This document shows, piece by piece, positions 58,694 through 64,000 of a DNA stretch of 64,000 nt; positions within the stretch are counted from its first letter, which is position 1, and each line of letters starts with the position of its first letter. The position numbers were made by a program, and so were the translations under genes. A model generated the notes under the pieces. It was not told where the DNA came from. It ran no database searches and worked only from the letters and a program-made list of their open reading frames with translations. The DNA is from an uncultured Alphaproteobacteria bacterium (GTDB lineage: Bacteria > Pseudomonadota > Alphaproteobacteria > HIMB59 > GCA-002718135). The DNA is taken from positions 23,203 through 87,202 of the forward strand of contig CACNUI010000001.1 of NCBI GenBank assembly GCA_902623545.1, given 5' to 3'.

Positions 58694-58871
58694 TTTTATA
58701 AAAAGTTTTATTTCTAGAATTGAAACATTTTTTCAACTATTTTCCTTTGTTTTTAAAAACCTCGATTTTGGAAAATTATTGTTGATCTTCGCGTTATTTA
58801 TTGCATCGATATTATTTTTGGTTTTTAAACTTTTTGAGTTTATGGCACCATTTACATATTTAGCCTTATAA
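58686..58871 (+). CDS. Small single-TM membrane protein, DUF5989/SxtK-like
   Basis: 61 aa; amphipathic N-terminus, one TM, C-terminal APFTYLAL (family consensus as I recall it: APFIYTLF); overlaps the carbamoyltransferase stop by 8 bp. Confidence 0.7.
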   Translation: MINFIKSFISRIETFFQLFSFVFKNLDFGKLLLIFALFIASILFLVFKLFEFMAPFTYLAL

Positions 58872-58927
58872 CTTAAATTAAATTTAATTATCATGATGTT
58901 TATGATATTGTAATTAAAAAAATAATA

Positions 58928-59269
58928 ATGAAACATAATTTAAATTGTCATTGTGGAGCTGTTCAAATTGAAGTTTTATCAGATTTAAAAACTATAAAAC
59001 AATGTAACTGTTCAATTTGTAAAAGAAAAAATGCTAAAATGGCAATGGTATCAAAAGAATCTTTATCAATTATTAAGGGAGTAGAATTTCTAACTTCATA
59101 CAAATTTAATACAATGATTGCTGAGCATTTTTTTTGTAAAATTTGTGGTATATATACTCATCACAATAGAAGAAGTGATCCAAATGGTGCTGCAGTAAAC
59201 ATAGGTTGCATAGATGCAATCGATCCTTTTGAATATAAAGCTGAGTTTATTGATATGAAGAATAAATAA
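58928..59269 (+). CDS. GFA/CENP-V family Zn protein
   Basis: CHCGAV, CNCSICKR, HFFCKICG, AVNIGC. Confidence 0.9.
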   Translation: MKHNLNCHCGAVQIEVLSDLKTIKQCNCSICKRKNAKMAMVSKESLSIIKGVEFLTSYKFNTMIAEHFFCKICGIYTHHNRRSDPNGAAVNIGCIDAIDPFEYKAEFIDMKNK

Positions 59270-59272
59270 TTT

Positions 59273-60259
59273 ATGTCATTTGAATTTTTAATTTCTAAAA
59301 TTCAAAAGAATAATTTTTTACTTATTGGTAGAGCGGGAGTAGATATATATCCTGATCCCCCAGGAACAAAAACTGAAAATGCTAAATCCTTTGTGACTCA
59401 TCTTGGAGGATCTTCTGCTAATATGGGCGTTCAATTGACTCTGTTTGGAGGTAATTGTAATTTACTCACCAGAGTCTCAGACGATGCTTTAGGCAGATTT
59501 GTTATTAATCAACTAAATCACTATGGTGTTAAGAATAAATTAGTAAAATTTGAAAAAAATGAATCAAGAATTTCTTTTGCTATAGTTGAAACAACAGTTA
59601 AAGATCATCAATCAATTATTTATAGACATAAAGCTTCTGATTTATTTTTAAATAAGGATGATGTTGAAAACGCAAATATACAAAATTTTGATTGTGTATT
59701 ACTTACCGGGACTTCTCTAGCAGCTGAACCTTCAAGAAGTGCTACTTTATATGCTTTAGATGTAGCAAATAAAAATAATATTCCTGCAATTATGGACATT
59801 GATTATAGACCATATACTTGGGAATCATCAAATAAAGCAAAAGAAGTTTATAATTTAGCAGCAAGTAAATGTAGTGGTGTAATTGGAAATGATGATGAGT
59901 TTGGAGTGTTAGCTGGTGATTACAATAATGGTTTGTATCATGCTAAACAATTAGCGAAAAATGTAAGCTTAATTATTTATAAAAAAGGTGAAAAAGGTTC
60001 CATTACTTTTGCAATGAACAAAGAAATTAAAAAAGGAATATTTCCTGTTAAGCCTTTAAAGCCAACTGGAGCCGGTGATTCATTTATGGGATCATTAATA
60101 GGATCAATTTTAAAGGCTAATGATTTAGAAAAATCCATAGAAATAGGTTCTGCCGCAGCAGCTATTGTAGTAACAAAAGTCGGTTGCGCTCCAGCAATGC
60201 CAAATTTAAATGAAATTTTAGATTTTATGAAATATAATAAAATTAATGAAGGAGAATAA
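59273..60259 (+). CDS. iolC: 5-dehydro-2-deoxygluconokinase (PfkB family)
   Basis: IGRAGVDIYP, LGGSSAN, DIDYRPYTW, GNDDEF, GAGDSF; adjacent to iolB. Confidence 0.87.
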   Translation: MSFEFLISKIQKNNFLLIGRAGVDIYPDPPGTKTENAKSFVTHLGGSSANMGVQLTLFGGNCNLLTRVSDDALGRFVINQLNHYGVKNKLVKFEKNESRISFAIVETTVKDHQSIIYRHKASDLFLNKDDVENANIQNFDCVLLTGTSLAAEPSRSATLYALDVANKNNIPAIMDIDYRPYTWESSNKAKEVYNLAASKCSGVIGNDDEFGVLAGDYNNGLYHAKQLAKNVSLIIYKKGEKGSITFAMNKEIKKGIFPVKPLKPTGAGDSFMGSLIGSILKANDLEKSIEIGSAAAAIVVTKVGCAPAMPNLNEILDFMKYNKINEGE

Positions 60260-60260
60260 T

Positions 60261-61103
60261 ATGCATATTCCACCATTTGATAATAAAAATGAGCCAATTG
60301 TAGATATTGAAGACAGTAGAGTACCTCTAAATTATTTTAACATAGTAAAATTAAATAAAGATCAATCTTTTGAATATCAAACACCTGGTTATGAAACATG
60401 TATAGTGCCTGCTACTGGAACAATTAATGTAGAAATTGAAGGAATAAAAGTTGAGTCATTAGGCACTAGAACAGTTGATGTGTGGGATGGAGAACCAGAG
60501 GGTGTTTATGTTCCATCAAATACAAAAGCTCAATTTACATCTTTAGTAGATAATTCAGAAATTTTTATTGCTGGTGCAAAGTATGATAAAACTCTTGAAC
60601 CATTTGCTGTTCGAACAAATGAAATTGATTTAGTTCAGTATGGCTCTGACGATACAAAAACTCATAGAAAAATTAAACATATTTTAGGTGCTAAGCATCA
60701 TGATAAAGTTGGAAGATTGCTTTGTAACGAACTTTATACTGTAGGGAAGGGGGGTTGGTCGGGATTTCCACCTCACAAGCATGATACAGATCGTCTACCT
60801 GATGAAACTAGACATGATGAAACATATAATTATAGATTTAAACCTAATAATGGATTTGGTTTTCAGATGTTTCAGCAAGTTGATGATAAAGTTGGTAAAG
60901 CTGAACATATAATTGATGGATCAACAATAATGATTAGAACGGGTTATCATCCTTGTGTTGTGGCACCTGGGTATGAGATGTATTATTTTACAATTCTTGG
61001 AGGTTTATCTCAAAGATCTCTTGTGCAATTTTTTCAACCTGAACATGCATATCAAGTTGAAACAATTCCTGGTATTAAGGATATGATAGCTAAATATAAA
61101 TGA
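60261..61103 (+). CDS. iolB: 5-deoxy-glucuronate isomerase
   Basis: GGWSGFPPHKHD, HDETYNYRF, GYHPCV.APGY..YY; start after SD AAGGAG. Confidence 0.88.
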   Translation: MHIPPFDNKNEPIVDIEDSRVPLNYFNIVKLNKDQSFEYQTPGYETCIVPATGTINVEIEGIKVESLGTRTVDVWDGEPEGVYVPSNTKAQFTSLVDNSEIFIAGAKYDKTLEPFAVRTNEIDLVQYGSDDTKTHRKIKHILGAKHHDKVGRLLCNELYTVGKGGWSGFPPHKHDTDRLPDETRHDETYNYRFKPNNGFGFQMFQQVDDKVGKAEHIIDGSTIMIRTGYHPCVVAPGYEMYYFTILGGLSQRSLVQFFQPEHAYQVETIPGIKDMIAKYK

Positions 61104-61933
61104 CAGCGGTAAATTTAAAAACTTTACTTACTAAAGCTAATCGTAATAATTATTCAGTAGCAGGATTAGTTGTTATTAGTTGGGAGGATGCAATTGCTTA
61201 TACAGAAGCAGCGCATGAATCTAAAATTCCAATTATTTTACAAGCAGGACCTTCCTGTAGAAAATATACTCCAGTTTCTATTTTGGGAAAGATGTTTAGA
61301 CATCTTGCTGAACAAACCAAAACACCTATTTGCTGTCATTTAGACCATGGTTTTACATATGATGAATGTATTGAAGGTATAGAATCTGGTTTTACTTCAG
61401 TAATGTTTGACGGTTCGAAACTTCCATTAAGTAAAAATATCAAAATTAGTTCAAAAATATCAAATATTGCTCATAAACATAACATTTCAGTTGAAGGTGA
61501 AGTAGGGATAGTAGGTTATCATAATGGCATTAAATCTTTTGGAACAGACATTGATGAAGCAAAAAAATATAGTTTAGAAAGTGGAGTAGACGCAATGGCA
61601 ATATCGGTTGGTAATACACATTTGCAAAAATCAAAAATTGCAAAAATAGATTATAATAAGATTTTAAAAATTCAAAAAATATCTAAACTGCCTTTAGTTT
61701 TGCATGGTAGTAGTGGTATAAATTCTAGTTTGAGAAAGAAAATAGCAAGAACTACGAAAGTAGCTAAATTTAATATAGGTACTGAACTAAGAATTACGGC
61801 ATGTAAAAGTTTAAGAAAAAGTTATAATAAAAAAAAATCAAGTTTCGATAAGATAGAAATAATAAAACCATCAATAATTGAATTAAAAAAACATACTAAA
61901 AAAGTAATTAAAAATTTTGGACCAGTAAAATGA
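61100..61933 (+). CDS. Class II aldolase (IolJ/Fba-like)
   Basis: HLDHG, GFTSVMFDGS, VEGEVG, SVGNTH, LVLHGSSG, KFNIGTEL; linked to iolCB. Confidence 0.88.
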   Translation: MTAVNLKTLLTKANRNNYSVAGLVVISWEDAIAYTEAAHESKIPIILQAGPSCRKYTPVSILGKMFRHLAEQTKTPICCHLDHGFTYDECIEGIESGFTSVMFDGSKLPLSKNIKISSKISNIAHKHNISVEGEVGIVGYHNGIKSFGTDIDEAKKYSLESGVDAMAISVGNTHLQKSKIAKIDYNKILKIQKISKLPLVLHGSSGINSSLRKKIARTTKVAKFNIGTELRITACKSLRKSYNKKKSSFDKIEIIKPSIIELKKHTKKVIKNFGPVK

Positions 61934-62814
61934 ATATATTGGCTTTTATTGGTGGAAGTGGAATTTATAAACTAGAATTTTTAACTGATATAAAAGAACA
62001 TAACATTAAATCTTCATTTGGCGATCCTTCAGGTCCAATTATTGAAGGTAAAATAGATAATAATACCGTATATTTTTTATCTCGCCATGGAGAAGGTCAT
62101 ACTTTATCACCATCTTCCATTAACTATTGTGCTAATATTGATTGTTTAAAACAAGTTGGTGTAACCGATTTGATATCTCTTTCTGCCGTAGGTTCTTTAA
62201 AAGATAATTTAAAACCTGGTACATTTGTTATTGTTGATCAATTTATAGATAGAACAATAAACAGAAAAAAAAGTTTTTTTGATAAAGGAATAGTTGCTCA
62301 CGTTCCAATGGCTCATCCTACATGTGAAGTTTTGATGAATTTATCAAAAAATATATGTGAAAATATTAAAATCAATTATTCATTTGGTGGTACATATCTT
62401 GCAATGGAAGGACCTCAGTTTTCAACTTATGCTGAGTCAAATCTTTATATTGATTGGGGTTGTGATGTTATAGGAATGACAAATATGCCAGAGGCAAAAT
62501 TAGCAAGGGAAGCGGAAATTAGATATTGTTCTATTTCCATGGTTACGGATTATGATTGCTGGCATCCAGATCATGATAAAGTAGATTTAAGTATGATTAT
62601 AAAAACCTTAAGTGATAATGTTGATAATTCAAAAAATTTTATTAAAAATTTTAGTTCAAAATACTATGAAGGTGTATCCTTTGAAAACGATAAAACATCC
62701 AATATTTTGGATACATCTATAATTACAAAAAAAGAATTTTGGGATAAAGATTTAGAAAATAATTTAACCAATATATTAAAAAGATATAAGAAAAAATTTA
62801 ATGTTAGTAAATGA
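61930..62814 (+). CDS. mtnP: S-methyl-5'-thioadenosine phosphorylase
   Basis: IGGSG, SRHG.GH, EGPQFSTYAES, IGMTNMPEAKLAREAE, VTDYDCW. Confidence 0.94.
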   Translation: MNILAFIGGSGIYKLEFLTDIKEHNIKSSFGDPSGPIIEGKIDNNTVYFLSRHGEGHTLSPSSINYCANIDCLKQVGVTDLISLSAVGSLKDNLKPGTFVIVDQFIDRTINRKKSFFDKGIVAHVPMAHPTCEVLMNLSKNICENIKINYSFGGTYLAMEGPQFSTYAESNLYIDWGCDVIGMTNMPEAKLAREAEIRYCSISMVTDYDCWHPDHDKVDLSMIIKTLSDNVDNSKNFIKNFSSKYYEGVSFENDKTSNILDTSIITKKEFWDKDLENNLTNILKRYKKKFNVSK

Positions 62815-63880
62815 CAAACATTTAACAACTATTTGGTATGATAAAGCTGAAGAAGTTATAAAAATAATAGATCAAAGGCTTTTACCATTTCAATTAAAGA
62901 TTGTAGAGTTAAAAACACTGGAAGATTTTTGTTTTGCTATTAAAGAAATGCAAGTTAGAGGTGCACCCCTGATAGGTGTCACTGCTGCATACGGAATGTA
63001 TGTAGCATCTAAAACTACTAAAAATATTTCAGAATTAGAAAAAGCAGGTGATAGTCTTAAGTCAACAAGACCGACAGCTGTTAATTTATCCTGGGCAGTA
63101 GATAAAATTATCACTGAGATAAAAGATATGGGAAAATCAAACCTACAAGAGACAATCCTTTCAATAGCTAATAAGATCAGAAATCAAGATATAATTAATT
63201 GCAAAGCTATAGGCGAAAATGGCTCTAAACTTATTGAAAATATTTATACAAAAACGAAAAAAAAAGTAAATATTTTAACTCACTGCAATGCTGGATGGTT
63301 AGCTGCTGTTGATTGGGGAACCGCTTTAGCACCAATCTTTATTGCAAATCAAAAAAAAATCCCAGTACATGTTTGGATTGATGAAACCAGACCTAGAAAT
63401 CAAGGTTTTAATCTTACAGCTTGGGAATTAATGAATGAAAAGATAGAAAATTCATTAATTGTAGATAACGTTGGCGGCCATTTAATGCAAAATGGTATGA
63501 TAGATCTTTGTATAACAGGAACAGACAGAACTTCTTTAAATGGTGATGTTTGCAATAAAATCGGCACATATTTAAAGGCTTTAGCTGCAAGAGATAATGA
63601 TATTCCTTTTTACGTTGCTGCACCAATCTCTAGTATAGATTTTAATATTAAAAATGGAGTAAAAGAAATACCTATAGAAGAAAGAGATCCAACCGAAGTA
63701 TCCATTATTGAAGGTATTGACGAAAATAATAATAGAAATAAAATTAAAATTATACCTGAAGGTTCAAACTGTAAAAACTATGCCTTTGATATAACTCCAG
63801 CAAAATATATTACTAAATTAATTACGGAAAAAGGAGTTGTAGATAGTAATGAAGAATCTATAGGTGGATTAAAAAATTAA
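62801..63880 (+). CDS. mtnA: Methylthioribose-1-phosphate isomerase
   Basis: IDQRLLP, MQVRGAPLIG, TRPTAVNL, LTHCNAGWLA, DETRPRNQG, NKIGTY, FDITP. Confidence 0.96.
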   Translation: MLVNDKHLTTIWYDKAEEVIKIIDQRLLPFQLKIVELKTLEDFCFAIKEMQVRGAPLIGVTAAYGMYVASKTTKNISELEKAGDSLKSTRPTAVNLSWAVDKIITEIKDMGKSNLQETILSIANKIRNQDIINCKAIGENGSKLIENIYTKTKKKVNILTHCNAGWLAAVDWGTALAPIFIANQKKIPVHVWIDETRPRNQGFNLTAWELMNEKIENSLIVDNVGGHLMQNGMIDLCITGTDRTSLNGDVCNKIGTYLKALAARDNDIPFYVAAPISSIDFNIKNGVKEIPIEERDPTEVSIIEGIDENNNRNKIKIIPEGSNCKNYAFDITPAKYITKLITEKGVVDSNEESIGGLKN

Positions 63881-63881
63881 T

Positions 63882-64000
63882 ATGAAAAATGAATGGAAAG
63901 AGAGTTTAGCTAAAAAATATATTAAAGAATATCAGCTAAAAAATGTCAGCAAAGATTTAGCATTGAGAATTTACTCAACACATTTACTAGGTAACAATCC
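63882..64000 (+). CDS. N-terminal fragment of a probable class II aldolase/short-chain dehydrogenase fusion (3'-truncated)
   Basis: MKNEW...KDLALRIYSTHLLGNN resembles the L-R-Y-S/T-LLG-P start of RhaD-like bifunctional aldolase/SDR proteins; only 39 codons visible. Confidence 0.55.
   Translation, partial: MKNEWKESLAKKYIKEYQLKNVSKDLALRIYSTHLLGNN

Larger units (their letters stand above)
53203..58871 (+). other. Accessory six-gene cassette (putative genomic islet) 3' of tRNA-Arg
   Basis: Starts 20 bp after the tRNA CCA; six co-oriented genes overlapping or 15 bp apart, unrelated to the flanking core genes; no integrase or att duplication seen. Confidence 0.65.

Noticed and set aside
53203..58871. 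Saxitoxin biosynthesis cluster
   Set aside because: Only sxtI/J/K/L-like accessory types are present; there are no sxtA, sxtG, sxtB or other core genes in the window.
53107..58927. Integrative element or prophage with attL/attR at tRNA-Arg
   Set aside because: No integrase, transposase or phage genes, and no duplicated tRNA 3' end. The only shared word noticed at both edges is TGTAATTA (about 53189 and 58909), which is expected by chance in AT-rich DNA.
1..64000. CRISPR arrays, rRNA, IS elements, defence systems
   Set aside because: No regularly spaced repeats, cas genes, rRNA-like stretches or transposase ORFs were seen; intergenic space is too small to hold them.

Overview
This 64-kb window comes from a very AT-rich, densely packed alphaproteobacterial chromosome with a streamlined marine profile: a blue-tuned proteorhodopsin, Irr, TRAP/ABC uptake systems and many 0-15 bp or overlapping gene junctions. 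Placement near SAR11/HIMB59-like lineages is an inference. Most of the window is core synteny: lepB-rnc-era-recO-parC; rpiB-glyA-nrdR-ribD-ribE-ribB-ribH-nusB-thiL-hppA; bamE/cbp3-rpmF-plsX-ihfA-merR; rplM-rpsI-argC-hom-recJ; three tRNAs (Glu-TTC, Pro-TGG, Arg-TCT); a TPP riboswitch with thiBP; iolCBJ; mtnP-mtnA. The most striking accessory element is a ~5.7-kb six-gene cassette directly after tRNA-Arg (53203-58871). It encodes a membrane-anchored SGNH protein, a secreted unknown, a secreted FecR-like protein with an acidic His/Cys tail, a ferritin-like di-iron protein with an SxtJ-like membrane tail, a NodU/CmcH carbamoyltransferase, and a 61-aa DUF5989/SxtK-like peptide ending in a DltX-like F-x-Y-x-x-hydrophobic hexapeptide. 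I propose it as a candidate envelope carbamoylation relay. Other notable items are a plant-type SABATH methyltransferase, a TRAP transporter with large extra domains, likely leaderless promoters, start codons directly after terminator U-tracts, and two ABC systems lacking an ATPase gene. All calls were made by eye from motifs; no database searches were run.
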